DNA of 64,000 nt from a virus (Duplodnaviria; Caudoviricetes): IMG/VR virus record IMGVR_UViG_3300044656_000027, positions 47,290 through 111,289 of that record; one strand, 5' to 3'. Position numbers and translations under genes: made by a program. Shown here in pieces: positions 1 to 10,735 of this stretch; within the stretch, counting starts at the first letter, position 1, and every line of letters starts with the position of its first letter. The notes under the pieces were generated by a model, which made no database searches, was not told the origin of the DNA, and saw nothing but the letters and a program-made list of their open reading frames with translations.

Positions 1-1121
1 GATTCATTGATATCTTCCTGGCGGTTCATTCTTGTGGAGTTCAAGTTACGTTGAGCTTCAAAGGCAGACTGGCCAACCCCAATGGACTTAAGCTGATTGC
101 GTGCTGCTAAGCCTGCCTTGGAATTGGAGGACGCTTGATTCATCAGAGAGACATACTGGCTCTGGGACATTCCCTTGTTCTGAGCAAGAACCATTCCTTG
201 TAGGTATCCCATGTACTCTTGCTGAGTTTGTCCACTCCAACCCATCTGCGCACCAAGACTTCTCAAGGTTGTAGCCAAGGAACCGTTTTGAGTTATGGAC
301 TTACCAAATCCTTGAGAGGTGATCTTCTGATTTCCAAAGACATAACTATACAGACTTTGAGCAACATCTCCTACGTTCTGAGTATTGGGATTAATGTTCA
401 GTCCGAATGCTTGTCCCATCATAATGCTTCGTGCAGAGAACGTCTGCTGTGCAGTAGTAGCCGCAGTGCTGAAACCTAGAGTTGGGTTAGCATATGCAAA
501 ACCACCAACAGCACTCATCTGCTGACGGTAGTAAGCATTCTGAGAACCATTAGCATTCATCGAAGGACCGAAAGTGTACTGCCCCGTGTACTGACCCTTG
601 TAAAGATCCTGTGCGGATAGTGCTCCATAGGATTGCTGCATTGCATAACGCGCGGCATTGTTGATATTTGCTTGGGTTACATTACCAGCAAGTTGAGAAG
701 CCTGGACACCGTAGTAATCCTGCTGCATCATGCCAGCCATGTTCTTGTTACCGTAATCAGCCGCAGCCGTTCCAATGGCAGCTAGAGCAGCAAATCCAGC
801 AGACAGGCGAGATCCAGAACCCAAAGCACCAAAGCTTCCGCCCCCACCATTAGCATTGCGGTTAAGCATTCCTCCAAGAGTGAACTTACCGCCGCCCCCA
901 TTAGCGGAGTAGTTAGCGCGATTAGATGACGAGTTCCAATTGTAGGAGCTAGTAGATCCAGTGGCACGGTTGTTGGAGCTGGTCAGTGCATTCATCGCAC
1001 CAGCCAACTTCTCCACATTCATATTCAGTTTATCGATTTTGGCATCTAATGAATCAACCGCCTGTTGAAGACCATTGGTCCCCAACAAGCGGCTGGCTCC
1101 GATGTTGTTTTCCTCAGCCAC
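1..1121 (-). CDS. Tape measure protein, N-terminal part (runs off window)
   Basis: GTG at 1121 with AGGAG RBS; reads MAEENNIGASRLLGTNGLQQAVDSLDAK...; follows tube and chaperone genes. Confidence 0.75.
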   Translation of the reverse strand, partial: MAEENNIGASRLLGTNGLQQAVDSLDAKIDKLNMNVEKLAGAMNALTSSNNRATGSTSSYNWNSSSNRANYSANGGGGKFTLGGMLNRNANGGGGSFGALGSGSRLSAGFAALAAIGTAAADYGNKNMAGMMQQDYYGVQASQLAGNVTQANINNAARYAMQQSYGALSAQDLYKGQYTGQYTFGPSMNANGSQNAYYRQQMSAVGGFAYANPTLGFSTAATTAQQTFSARSIMMGQAFGLNINPNTQNVGDVAQSLYSYVFGNQKITSQGFGKSITQNGSLATTLRSLGAQMGWSGQTQQEYMGYLQGMVLAQNKGMSQSQYVSLMNQASSNSKAGLAARNQLKSIGVGQSAFEAQRNLNSTRMNRQEDINE

Positions 1122-1142
1122 TTGGTCTCCTATGTTAAGTCG

Positions 1143-1403
1143 TTACCTTCCATTATACCTAAATGGCTTTCCGCTGAAAGTAACTCCCTGACCAATAGAG
1201 CCAGTGACGACCTGAGGCGCGTTATTCTGTTGGTGCATTCTCTGGTATTTCTGTTCCAATTCCCAGAGCACTCTGTTAACCCAATGTAGGCGTTCTCTTC
1301 TATTAAGTCTTTTAATATCGGAGAGTGGCCAATTGTAATTATCTACTAATTGTTCATAATCTTTATAGAGTAATTCTAAATTAGATACCGCGAAATAGGG
1401 CAC
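1143..1403 (-). CDS. Tail assembly chaperone, downstream (possibly frameshifted) segment
   Basis: Overlaps the end of the upstream chaperone in the +1 frame; lies between chaperone and tape measure. Confidence 0.6.
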   Translation of the reverse strand: MPYFAVSNLELLYKDYEQLVDNYNWPLSDIKRLNRRERLHWVNRVLWELEQKYQRMHQQNNAPQVVTGSIGQGVTFSGKPFRYNGR

Positions 1404-2253
1404 CCACGCTTAGAGGAATGGTTAGCTCCCCTTCGCAACTTGGGCAAGAACCTGAGACCTCATCATAGCGAGGACCAGGATTGATGTTGTAAATGAAATC
1501 CTGTACAGCTCTGCGGTCAGCTAGACCTAGCTTCTTCACATCATTCAACCCGTTGCATGGAGTCTCATTGCCTGTAGCGTCTACGAAAGACAGAATGCAA
1601 TGGGCAAGAGTTACCGTATTCATTTCGGGAATGGTCAGTGGCTTCTTGAAAAGCTCCGTCTGTAGAGCACCCGTAGGCAGAGTAATACGAGCCTTGCGAC
1701 CCTTACGCAGGTCAACAACATATTCTCTCTGCTCTGGATCTTCCAGCTTACGTACTGGGATATCAGAGAGATTAAGCTGGAGATCATTAGCCTCACCACA
1801 GTGAGGACACTCAAGACCATTAAGCTCAAAGTCTTCTCCGAAGGTAGCACGACGAATACCAAGGATCAGCATGTCTAGGTCTCCCTGTAGCATGCCGTCC
1901 AGAATGGCTGGAGTGGCCTTTACATCGCCGATCGATACCACGCCGCACTGGAGTAGCGTGCTGATGAACTTAGCAGGGTTAGGAGCCTGTCTGGCCTTTG
2001 CCAACAACTCTTCATGCTCTCCAGTAAGTTCCTGTACCTCAGCGTCCTGAAGAACTTCTCCGTCATCTGCTACAAGTCCACCAGGAAGCTGGACATAACA
2101 TTCTGGATATGGCTCGATGACAGGGGCAGATTGCGGAGTAAGAGAACTCAGTACCTTCTTAGTCAATGCATTAAGGTCTGATGTTTCTGCCGTGTGAATC
2201 TGCCCCTGATCATCATCAAAGGACATACTGTATTGTGGCTTCTCGTATTCCAT
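1381..2253 (-). CDS. Tail assembly chaperone / baseplate-hub-assembly-like protein
   Basis: Directly after tail tube; two CPxC motifs (CPHCG, CPSCEG). Confidence 0.65.
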   Translation of the reverse strand: MEYEKPQYSMSFDDDQGQIHTAETSDLNALTKKVLSSLTPQSAPVIEPYPECYVQLPGGLVADDGEVLQDAEVQELTGEHEELLAKARQAPNPAKFISTLLQCGVVSIGDVKATPAILDGMLQGDLDMLILGIRRATFGEDFELNGLECPHCGEANDLQLNLSDIPVRKLEDPEQREYVVDLRKGRKARITLPTGALQTELFKKPLTIPEMNTVTLAHCILSFVDATGNETPCNGLNDVKKLGLADRRAVQDFIYNINPGPRYDEVSGSCPSCEGELTIPLSVGALFRGI

Positions 2254-2291
2254 TTAAACTTCCTTTAGTAGTTCGATTTCAGACTAGCTCT

Positions 2292-2867
2292 TTAGAATGA
2301 TACTCCATTTAGGCCCGTCTTAGAAGCGAGCTTGAAGTCGAATCCTTCGTGTGCCAAGGACATCTGCTGCATAAGAACTGCATTAGCTCCAGCGTCCAAG
2401 TCAGAGAAGGCGATGCTTGTTGGCCATGCGTTGTACACACGATAGATTGCCTTTACAGGAACCTGTGGTGTAGTAACAGGGTGATCAAGAACCATGATGT
2501 CAACCGTTGCGCGGAAGTCCGCACCTGGGAAACCGGTTCCTGTTCCCTGCATAACAGCGAACAATTCCTGCATCCATTGCCATAATGGACCAGAGCCGAC
2601 AGCTACTCCTTGGCTCAACGTGATCGGGGCGAAGTCGCTCTGACCAGGCATCTTCTGAGTTGTCGTGTTCATTCCACCCTCACGGTACGGAATTACTTCC
2701 GTCGTGATGTTTAGTCCACTGACTGTCATGAATCCTAGGTTAGCGAAGCCGCTAATCTTAGGGTGCATGATATTTACGTTGAACTTAAAGTTTCTCAACG
2801 GATCAGTGGCAAGGTGGGCAATAGAGGGAGTCGCCTTTAGGATTGGCGCATTACCTACTGTAGCCAT
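2292..2867 (-). CDS. Tail tube protein (T4 gp19-like)
   Basis: DPLRNFKF...GFMTVSGL...YREGG...KMPG...ITLSQG...NAWP motifs. Confidence 0.9.
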   Translation of the reverse strand: MATVGNAPILKATPSIAHLATDPLRNFKFNVNIMHPKISGFANLGFMTVSGLNITTEVIPYREGGMNTTTQKMPGQSDFAPITLSQGVAVGSGPLWQWMQELFAVMQGTGTGFPGADFRATVDIMVLDHPVTTPQVPVKAIYRVYNAWPTSIAFSDLDAGANAVLMQQMSLAHEGFDFKLASKTGLNGVSF

Positions 2868-2880
2868 TTATCTATTCTCC

Positions 2881-4800
2881 TTAGGCTGAGGTGGTTGTGG
2901 AAGCAGCCATCTGGTTGATGTTAATGACGATGAACTCAGCAGGTGTATTCAAGGCAATACCAACCTGAACGTGAACTTCACCAGCGGCGATTGTGGTTGG
3001 GGTATTTACTCCAGAGTCACACTGTACGTAGTAAGCCTGCTGTGGAGTGTCACCCTGTAGAACTCCTGCCTGCCAAATTCCCTGTAGGTACTGAGCAACT
3101 ACAGCAGACAGGCGAGCCCATAGCTGAGAGTTGTTGTTCTCGAATACCGCGAACTGAGTCAGGTTGTTCAAGTTGTAGGTGATGTTCAACAGCGTACGCT
3201 CAATAGATACATAACGTGTTGGAAGATTTGTCAGGGTAGTACGTGCACCCATTACGCAATATCCATAGGAAGCTACGTTACGAATTACGTTGATACCCTG
3301 AACATTCAGTGTATCCAGGTTGGAGTTCTGGAATGTTAATTCTGTAGAAGCCACACGAAGAAGTGGAATGGTTACACCAGCAGGGGACTTCTGTACTCCG
3401 TAGAGAGCATCAGTCTGGCTGATCAAACCAAGTACAGCGCCACCAGGAGGCAGCGTACGCGTAGCACCAGGAGTCGTAGAGATTGGATCAGGTACATTCA
3501 ACCAAGGACCATAGATAGCGGCTCCAGAAGTCAATGGTGAGATTGAGTTGGAACCAACCACCATAGACAGGTAGTTGTTAACTGTGGAAGTTTCGTTAGG
3601 CGTTACACCATCAGATCCAATTACTGCCTGAGGAGTATCCACAACCACAAACATGTTCGGAGTTGAGGAGGTGTAAGCAAGTAGAGGATTCAGTGTAGAG
3701 GTGGAACTGATTCCTGGGAAGTTGATATCAAGCGTTCCCTGGATTGTTCCAAGCTGTTGTACCGCAGTTAGTAGAGAAGGTGAAGCTACACCATCAGAAC
3801 CAGATGCCAGTGCTACACCGCTTTGAGCTTGTGGCGTCATAGCAGAGGTCCATGTGGTGTATGTTCCTAGGTCAACTGCACGAATGTACTTAGATCCCAG
3901 AAGTGTGGAGTTGATCATAGATACAGCGTATCTTTGGTCAGTGCGGTTCATGGACATATCTAGGAAACGCTCTACGATTGTGGCGTCTGTAGTTCCACCG
4001 TAGTGGACAATTAAGTTGAAGCGCCCGGCTCCAGTGTTGGAGTCAACGATGTCAACGTAGATATTGTTTCCCCACGCACCAGCGGATACACAAGAAAGCT
4101 TTAGGATTGGAACTGGAGTACCTGTGGTGTTGTACAGAGGAATAGCACCAAGAGGTGTGTAGGAACCATTGTCAGTAAAGGTTAAGGTTCCTGCTGCTAC
4201 AGAGCTGAGCTTCAATGGTGTAGCAAGCGGTCCACCAGTAGTCAGGTTACGACGGTAGATGTTGTAACCCGTAATGGTTCCAGAGGTGGCAGTCCATGTC
4301 AGTACAACGTTGTTCGTGTTGGAAAGAGTCTGATTAGCCACAGCAGTTGCAACTACAGAGCCATTGGTCTCTCCACCAGCAGTGGTAGCTGTTACGGTGT
4401 ACTCGTAAGTGTAAGAAGGAGTTACAGTTCCACCCGGAGTAGCTACAAGGTTAGTAGGCGGAAGAACAGCGCCAGCTCCAGCCTCACGGTCATTCATGGT
4501 TAGCGTTGCAGTTACAGCGTCAGAAGCAGTAGCGCGAACTACATAGCACTGGTTACCGTTGTTCTGGAAGTACTGCCATACCGCAAAAGGCAAGTAGTTG
4601 GTAGAGCTGGAAGCAGTAGCGTTTCCGAATCCACCAAAGAGGTTCTGGAAGTCATTCCAGCTCTTTAGAAGGGTAGGGGTGGTTGGTCCCTGTGTGTGAA
4701 CTCCGACGAAGGCAGCGGTAGATTGTCCGGGTGATGTACTCCCCGTTGTAATCGGAGTCAAGAGCGTATTAACATATACGCCTGGACGAGAGTAAGGCAT
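2881..4800 (-). CDS. Contractile tail sheath with inserted Fn3-like domain
   Basis: PYSRPGVYV N-terminus, YFQNNG, LPPGG, GINVIR, GART, PAEFIVI C-terminus. Confidence 0.93.
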   Translation of the reverse strand: MPYSRPGVYVNTLLTPITTGSTSPGQSTAAFVGVHTQGPTTPTLLKSWNDFQNLFGGFGNATASSSTNYLPFAVWQYFQNNGNQCYVVRATASDAVTATLTMNDREAGAGAVLPPTNLVATPGGTVTPSYTYEYTVTATTAGGETNGSVVATAVANQTLSNTNNVVLTWTATSGTITGYNIYRRNLTTGGPLATPLKLSSVAAGTLTFTDNGSYTPLGAIPLYNTTGTPVPILKLSCVSAGAWGNNIYVDIVDSNTGAGRFNLIVHYGGTTDATIVERFLDMSMNRTDQRYAVSMINSTLLGSKYIRAVDLGTYTTWTSAMTPQAQSGVALASGSDGVASPSLLTAVQQLGTIQGTLDINFPGISSTSTLNPLLAYTSSTPNMFVVVDTPQAVIGSDGVTPNETSTVNNYLSMVVGSNSISPLTSGAAIYGPWLNVPDPISTTPGATRTLPPGGAVLGLISQTDALYGVQKSPAGVTIPLLRVASTELTFQNSNLDTLNVQGINVIRNVASYGYCVMGARTTLTNLPTRYVSIERTLLNITYNLNNLTQFAVFENNNSQLWARLSAVVAQYLQGIWQAGVLQGDTPQQAYYVQCDSGVNTPTTIAAGEVHVQVGIALNTPAEFIVININQMAASTTTSA

Positions 4801-4810
4801 TTAATATCTC

Positions 4811-5431
4811 CTAGTTTTGAGGCGGCAGGACAGTAATGTTGTTAACTGTCTTCTGGACCTGGTAGTAGGTATCGATCTCTACTGGCAATAGTTCAGTAGA
4901 TACACGAACAGTGTATACATTGTGGAACAATCTCTTGCCATCGGCATCATGAGTGTTCTGTCTTTCTGGACCTGCCATCAGATCCATTCTGCGCACCGTG
5001 CCATCTTCGGGTATAGCTAGATAGCCATGACGTACGCTGAGGAAATCCGGACCGGACAATATTGCTGTAAGCAAAGTAGAGTGCTTATTGTTCTGGGATA
5101 GGACTTCTATTTGATAATCAATATTATACGGGATTGGCGTGAAAGCCCAGTACGGGCTATTAGTCACATCTAGATTACCATCATTGATCCATTGTGTGAA
5201 ATTCTCCGGAGTATATGGTAATTGGTACCAACCTGACCCAGCTCTCTCTGCATCGAATGAGAGCCCAACATTACAGATAACGATGGATGGGTAGGTCAGG
5301 TTGACTAGTTCAACATCGGGGTCCAACCAAATAGCTTGGACTGGTCTACCCGTGTCTGGCGCGTTCACGTCCGGTACTACTAGGTTGGAGAACTTGTCCT
5401 TCATTGCTCTGTCTTCATTGAAGATAAACAT
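4811..5431 (-). CDS. Probable tail terminator/neck protein
   Basis: Immediately upstream of sheath; YPSI and PIPYNIDYQIEV motifs. Confidence 0.55.
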   Translation of the reverse strand: MFIFNEDRAMKDKFSNLVVPDVNAPDTGRPVQAIWLDPDVELVNLTYPSIVICNVGLSFDAERAGSGWYQLPYTPENFTQWINDGNLDVTNSPYWAFTPIPYNIDYQIEVLSQNNKHSTLLTAILSGPDFLSVRHGYLAIPEDGTVRRMDLMAGPERQNTHDADGKRLFHNVYTVRVSTELLPVEIDTYYQVQKTVNNITVLPPQN

Positions 5432-5447
5432 TGTTCTCCTTTAGGGA

Positions 5448-5723
5448 TTAGTAATTAGCAGAAACGTCAGTTTCAGTCTCAGTTATAAATTCTACTTGGA
5501 ATAAGCTTAGATGCGCACCAGTTCCATAAAGGCTTACCCAGTTAAAACTAGTTAAGTCAGCCTTTATAGCAGAGATCATTCTATTGAGTTGCGTAGATGT
5601 AGCAGAATATTGATTGATGTATATACCAACATTTTCTACTATACTGCCAGAACCGTCTTGTACCTGATATCCAATTAGATATACTGGATAATCAAATGTC
5701 TGACCATTTCTAAATAGAGACAT
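5448..5723 (-). CDS. Hypothetical protein (AT-rich)
   Basis: ATG just after the stop of the fibre gene; start trimmed from ORF track. Confidence 0.5.
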   Translation of the reverse strand: MSLFRNGQTFDYPVYLIGYQVQDGSGSIVENVGIYINQYSATSTQLNRMISAIKADLTSFNWVSLYGTGAHLSLFQVEFITETETDVSANY

Positions 5724-5724
5724 A

Positions 5725-8007
5725 TTAAGCCATTCTTCTAATGTCCCCACCCAACAAGCTTACAGTCTGAGCAGAACTCAGGTTGATCTGTACAGCTAGA
5801 GCAGATGTGGACGTGGTTACGATGGTGACTGGTGCGCTTGATGTGATCAAGAATGGGGTAAGAGCACCTGTAGTTGATGAAGTTCCGATCTGGAATTCCA
5901 GAACACCTACAGCAGAAGTAGTGCTTCGGATGTTTACTACTCCTCTAAACGCAAATGGATACGTCAGAGAAGCAGTTAGAGAAGGAGCAGTACCTATAGT
6001 TGCCAACGCTGTACCTGCCCAGTACAATCCAAAGCCCATTGTAGTGGCCGTGGAGTTCGTAGTGATTGTTCCATATCCATTAATCTCGTATACAGCACCA
6101 GCAATAGCATCGTTAGCAGGAACATTGAAGGTGTATAACGCCTGCAAACCTGTAGTAGTTACGGAGGCCGTAGCCGTTACCTGGTTTGCTAGACCCGCCT
6201 CAGTAAGAACAAGACCATTTGAATTACGTGTCTTTAAGTTTCCACCTTGGCTATACAGCAAACCTCCACCAGTAGGATTGGTAGTTGGAACAGTCGTAGC
6301 GTTAGCTAGCTTAAGCTCACCAACACCATTATCTCCCAGATCCGTAGCCGTACCTACAAGAAGGTTGGGCTGAGCATAGAACACAGTTGCCGCTGCACGG
6401 CCCGTAAAGGCATCTCTGGCGGCCGATCCTGACCCGTAAGCCTGAGAACCATCTCCGAGCAGTCTGTATCGGTCAAACGTGTCCGCACCGTTTACGTTGC
6501 TGGAGATAATAGTGTTTCCTACAACTGTTGGCTGCGAGGCAATCAGACCGTTGGTAATGATGGCGTTACCTGAGGCAGGCAGGAATCTAGTGGTAGTAGC
6601 AAAGGTGTACTGACCGCTGGTTGCCTCTAGCACTCCCAAGGGGGAATTAGTAAACCAGTTGGTAGAAGAAGCACCAGTTCCACCAAACGCACAGTTGAAT
6701 ACACGAACAGGAGCAGAAGCCGGGAAGTTGATAGTCTGCTGAACTCCAGCTACACCAGTGGAAACAATAGGAGAATCGAAACGACATCCACTGATGTACC
6801 CATTGGAAGAACCAGACCAGTTGATGTCATAGTTCGTACCCGTTGCACCAGCACCAGAAGTGGAGAAGAACACGTCAGTGAAGTGAACTACAGCACCAGT
6901 ACCCGTAATGGCAGCGCCATGTGTCTGGTTGTTGATGAAGCGCAAGGTATTGAAGCGAAGCTGTGTAGCTCCACCTGTTACATTCAAACCAATAAGACCC
7001 TGCTGAATAACTCCACCATTGAGCTGAACGTTTTGCGGAGAACCATTGGGTCCGTCCTCAATCAATACACAGTTACCCGTGCTTGGTCCGAGACCGTCGA
7101 AGTTCTTGATGAACTGCGCTGCACAGTTTCCCTTAATGTGGAGTGACGCACCAGTTCCCAAAGAAGTCCAGACCAGGTTGTTGCTAGTCAGAACATCCCA
7201 AGAGTCTTCGATGTGAATACCGTCAAGGTTGGCAGAAGCTCCCGTGGTGACACCACCAGAGATGATCTCGTTGTTCAGAATGAAGGAGTTGACAGCGAAA
7301 CCTGATGCAGTGTTTCCGATGAATCTAATTCCCCCAGCAGAAGAGCGGATGATGTTGTGGGAGATCATCGTTCCGTCAGGGTTGTTGCTTGTTCCAGTTC
7401 CACCAATGATGTTGACTGCCCAACCGTTAATGAACCAGAACACACAACGAGAAACCTTACCTCTACGAACCGAGTTGACTTGGATAGCATCAGCCACAGG
7501 GTTGCTGGTGGTCGTAGAGTTGTTTCCCTGGATAGTCAAGTCAGTAACTTCACAGGTATTGGCTGTGATGTTGAAGACGGTAGAACCCGCGAAGGATGTA
7601 CCAATAGTAATCTTGGCGGCTTCGGCCCCAGCACCCATAATCTTGGTGCCCACATTGGAGACCGTTACGGCTGAGCTGTTGAACAGGTAGTTACCTGGTG
7701 GAACGTATACAGTTCCTCCCGCAGTGGCAGCATTACACGCAGCCTGGAAGGCAGCAGTGTCATCAGCGACACCATTACCTAAAGCGCCATAGTCCTTGAC
7801 GTTGTAGTTGTTTACACCAGAGACGGCACCTGAGGAGATACCTAGATTCTGTCTGGCGAGAGGAACGTTAGTCAGGTCAGATAGATTGTTGGCAGCCTGT
7901 AGAGAGGACGCAATGGCACCAGTAGTATTCGCGTCCAATTGCGCCAAGATGGTATTAAGAGGTGCGTCCCAGTTAAGGGTTCCTCTTGCGATAGGAGTAA
8001 TAGCCAT
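5725..8007 (-). CDS. Fibre/spike protein with pectate-lyase-like right-handed beta-helix
   Basis: NVKDYGALGNGVADDTAAFQAA...GGTVYVPPGNY; AANNLSDL repeat. Confidence 0.85.
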   Translation of the reverse strand: MAITPIARGTLNWDAPLNTILAQLDANTTGAIASSLQAANNLSDLTNVPLARQNLGISSGAVSGVNNYNVKDYGALGNGVADDTAAFQAACNAATAGGTVYVPPGNYLFNSSAVTVSNVGTKIMGAGAEAAKITIGTSFAGSTVFNITANTCEVTDLTIQGNNSTTTSNPVADAIQVNSVRRGKVSRCVFWFINGWAVNIIGGTGTSNNPDGTMISHNIIRSSAGGIRFIGNTASGFAVNSFILNNEIISGGVTTGASANLDGIHIEDSWDVLTSNNLVWTSLGTGASLHIKGNCAAQFIKNFDGLGPSTGNCVLIEDGPNGSPQNVQLNGGVIQQGLIGLNVTGGATQLRFNTLRFINNQTHGAAITGTGAVVHFTDVFFSTSGAGATGTNYDINWSGSSNGYISGCRFDSPIVSTGVAGVQQTINFPASAPVRVFNCAFGGTGASSTNWFTNSPLGVLEATSGQYTFATTTRFLPASGNAIITNGLIASQPTVVGNTIISSNVNGADTFDRYRLLGDGSQAYGSGSAARDAFTGRAAATVFYAQPNLLVGTATDLGDNGVGELKLANATTVPTTNPTGGGLLYSQGGNLKTRNSNGLVLTEAGLANQVTATASVTTTGLQALYTFNVPANDAIAGAVYEINGYGTITTNSTATTMGFGLYWAGTALATIGTAPSLTASLTYPFAFRGVVNIRSTTSAVGVLEFQIGTSSTTGALTPFLITSSAPVTIVTTSTSALAVQINLSSAQTVSLLGGDIRRMA

Positions 8008-8016
8008 TAAAACCTC

Positions 8017-9909
8017 TTATACAGTAAACCACTTAGTAGTATTGCCCCCGCCAGGAACAACCTTTACGTGCTGGTATTGGGTGGTTAGGGAAACAGTTGC
8101 AGCACCATCAATAGTATCTCCTGCGTGTGCCGCAACGGTTACTGCGTTAGCGGTACTGTCGATCTTCTTAACTGTATACGTATTAGGAGTCCACGCTGCT
8201 GGAATCAATGTAATGGTTACAGGTCCAGCAGTAGCATCAACTAGGATCGTGTCATCTACTACGCTAACCGTGTAGTTAGCAGTCTTCGTAACGATCGGAT
8301 AAGCACTCTGACCATTGATGATCTTCAAACCTGTAGGGGAAGTTGTCACGTTGGCCACGGTGTACAGACCGGTCAGCTTGATAGTTCCCAAACAAGACTG
8401 CAAAGCTGCGCCACTTTGTCTGTCTACGAATGTAGGTGCACCAGCTTCAGTGTCTAGTTGAACAATGTCAATGAACGGACCAATACCAGCGGAACCCGCA
8501 CCGAAAACATTCATGACATTAGTGCAAGCCTCAATGGAAAGCTGGGCTGCATAGAAAGCGTGTGTGGCACCAACTCCACCAAAGTAAGCCCCCGTTGGAC
8601 AGTAACCAGACCAGCAGTAAAGGATACGTGCTGAATCAATAACTGTGTGTTCAGTAGCCAGGAATCCGAAGGTGTACCCACCGTGACAGGTCAGGTTGCG
8701 AACCTCACACAGGTCATTGTTTCCATTGGCAGGCATAAGCCAACCGATAACCACACCGTTAGCCAGTAGTCCACCGACATTAAGCTCGTTGGATGGAACA
8801 GTCCCCGTGGTTCCATATCCGAAATCAATTAGAGTGCAGTTGGACATTCCACTCATGTCTCCCGCGCTGTATCCGATTCCATAAGCCGTGTACGCAGTAA
8901 GGATAGACATGTTGGTGAAGGTCACACCCATGTTGCTGAATACACCAGGGCTGACCCCATATCCACCTGGCTGAGACGGACCACCAATAACACACGCATT
9001 TCCGTTGTTATTGATAGCAGTATTCTGTGCAGCAACGCTGGCAAAGGAACCGAAGGATACCCAGGTAGATCCAGAGAACTGTGGAATAGTCTGCTGCCAG
9101 TGCTCAAGCAGTGCACCGTTTCCAATTCCACGGAATGTGATGTTGGACTTGTTTCCAGTGGTTACAACAGGTGGCAAGTAAAGCTGAGCGTTCCCATTGT
9201 GGGAGGTGTTAAGCGGGCCAGCGATTACATAGAACAGCTTAGAGGGTGCAGGAGTGAATACCTCAGCGGCACCGTGCGATGCTGCGTAGCTCACAGCATT
9301 ATTAATCGCCGTCTGAATAGCTAAAGTGTCGTCTGTTCCCCAGAAGAAGTTAACATTGGAAACTGTGGTAGACGCAGTAGCGCTAACGACAATTTGATTT
9401 GCGCTGTTAACCGTAGTAATAGTTCCGGTCAAAACATACTGTGCTGTTGTGCCTGCCTTGTGGAGCATGAAGCTCTTGCCTTGGTCCGCAACAGTGAATG
9501 AACCTCCAGTGAAATTAATGACATTCTGTCCGGAGGTCATAGAGGCGGTACCAATGATCTGTCCATCACCGACAGCACCATAGGACTGAACGTTAAACTG
9601 ATCTGTGCGCGCTGGGGCAAACGCACTAGCGGAAGCTGTTGCAGCGGTTCCTAGACCTAGGTTCGTACGTGCGGTGGATACATTGGTCAAGTCACTCAAG
9701 TTATTGGCTGCAACAAGGCTTCCAGGCGTTCCTGTGGTCCATGCGGCGGTAGCTGTACCTGTGGCAGCGAGAACTTGTCCAACCGCTGGTGCATTTGTGA
9801 CAGAGACACCGTTGATTTGCCCTGTTTGAGCGTCTAGGTACAGCAAAGCATTATTCAGGGTCACATCCCAGCCGGGCTGCCCTGCTGTTGGTAATACAAA
9901 TCCTGTCAT
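8017..9909 (-). CDS. Second fibre/spike protein (beta-helix-like)
   Basis: FNVQSYGAVGDG...DDTLAIQTAIN; C-terminal TKTANYT...DATAGPVTITL...DTIDG module. Confidence 0.8.
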   Translation of the reverse strand: MTGFVLPTAGQPGWDVTLNNALLYLDAQTGQINGVSVTNAPAVGQVLAATGTATAAWTTGTPGSLVAANNLSDLTNVSTARTNLGLGTAATASASAFAPARTDQFNVQSYGAVGDGQIIGTASMTSGQNVINFTGGSFTVADQGKSFMLHKAGTTAQYVLTGTITTVNSANQIVVSATASTTVSNVNFFWGTDDTLAIQTAINNAVSYAASHGAAEVFTPAPSKLFYVIAGPLNTSHNGNAQLYLPPVVTTGNKSNITFRGIGNGALLEHWQQTIPQFSGSTWVSFGSFASVAAQNTAINNNGNACVIGGPSQPGGYGVSPGVFSNMGVTFTNMSILTAYTAYGIGYSAGDMSGMSNCTLIDFGYGTTGTVPSNELNVGGLLANGVVIGWLMPANGNNDLCEVRNLTCHGGYTFGFLATEHTVIDSARILYCWSGYCPTGAYFGGVGATHAFYAAQLSIEACTNVMNVFGAGSAGIGPFIDIVQLDTEAGAPTFVDRQSGAALQSCLGTIKLTGLYTVANVTTSPTGLKIINGQSAYPIVTKTANYTVSVVDDTILVDATAGPVTITLIPAAWTPNTYTVKKIDSTANAVTVAAHAGDTIDGAATVSLTTQYQHVKVVPGGGNTTKWFTV

Positions 9910-9918
9910 TTAAATTCC

Positions 9919-10698
9919 TTATGAGGTAGGTTGGTAGCCACCATAGCCACCCGCACCATATAGCCCAGAGCCATACGTACCGATTGGATATTGTAGATAG
10001 GCTCCATTCAATCGGGGAGTTACCTGAGCCAACTGCTTAGCAAAATTAGCCGCAGGGGCAGGAGTCTTGTAAGTCAGTGGATAAACGTTCTGGCCTACAT
10101 TAACTGGATCGTACTTGGCTACGTTTAGGTTCCACTGCTGCTCAAAGTTATCACCAGACTGAGATACATGAGGGATAGCGTACTGAGCGAATTGAACATC
10201 ATTGACCATTTCACTAGGCTTTACCTGTGTAGCGTCAACAGCAACAATGATATCTCGCTGCTGGATCTGACCAAGGATCTGGAAGCTCGTTACTCTGAAT
10301 ACTTTACCATCATAAACGAATCTATCCTTTAGGTAATTCTGAGTATTGATATCCATATTATTCAGACCAAGGCGCTTTAGCTGGTCGAAAGACATAGTGA
10401 CATGGGCTCTGTCGTTGGAATAGAAACCATACTCAGTATTGTCGTTGTCACCCTCAACGTGGATGACATGGAGAGCGGGAATTAATCCCTGCTCAAAGTA
10501 AATACGCCCAAGGGGGGAGTCAGCTTCTCCATAGACGGGATCTACAGAGGACTGATCATAAGCGAATCTGTAGTAGTAGATTTGGTCGCCTGTCCATCTC
10601 TGCCAATCACGAAGACCCCCATAGATAGAGCCTGTCTCGAAATCGACAGAGAAGCGACCACCTTTCCAACCAGCACGGTCAATCAAGGGAATCACCAC
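9919..10698 (-). CDS. Probable head-to-tail stopper/neck protein
   Basis: Position after adaptor; DRFVYDGKVFRV motif; start trimmed to avoid overlap (uncertain). Confidence 0.5.
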   Translation of the reverse strand: MVIPLIDRAGWKGGRFSVDFETGSIYGGLRDWQRWTGDQIYYYRFAYDQSSVDPVYGEADSPLGRIYFEQGLIPALHVIHVEGDNDNTEYGFYSNDRAHVTMSFDQLKRLGLNNMDINTQNYLKDRFVYDGKVFRVTSFQILGQIQQRDIIVAVDATQVKPSEMVNDVQFAQYAIPHVSQSGDNFEQQWNLNVAKYDPVNVGQNVYPLTYKTPAPAANFAKQLAQVTPRLNGAYLQYPIGTYGSGLYGAGGYGGYQPTS

Positions 10699-10735
10699 AC
10701 TCTTTCTATGAGGGTCTTCAAGTAGGATGGGGAGG

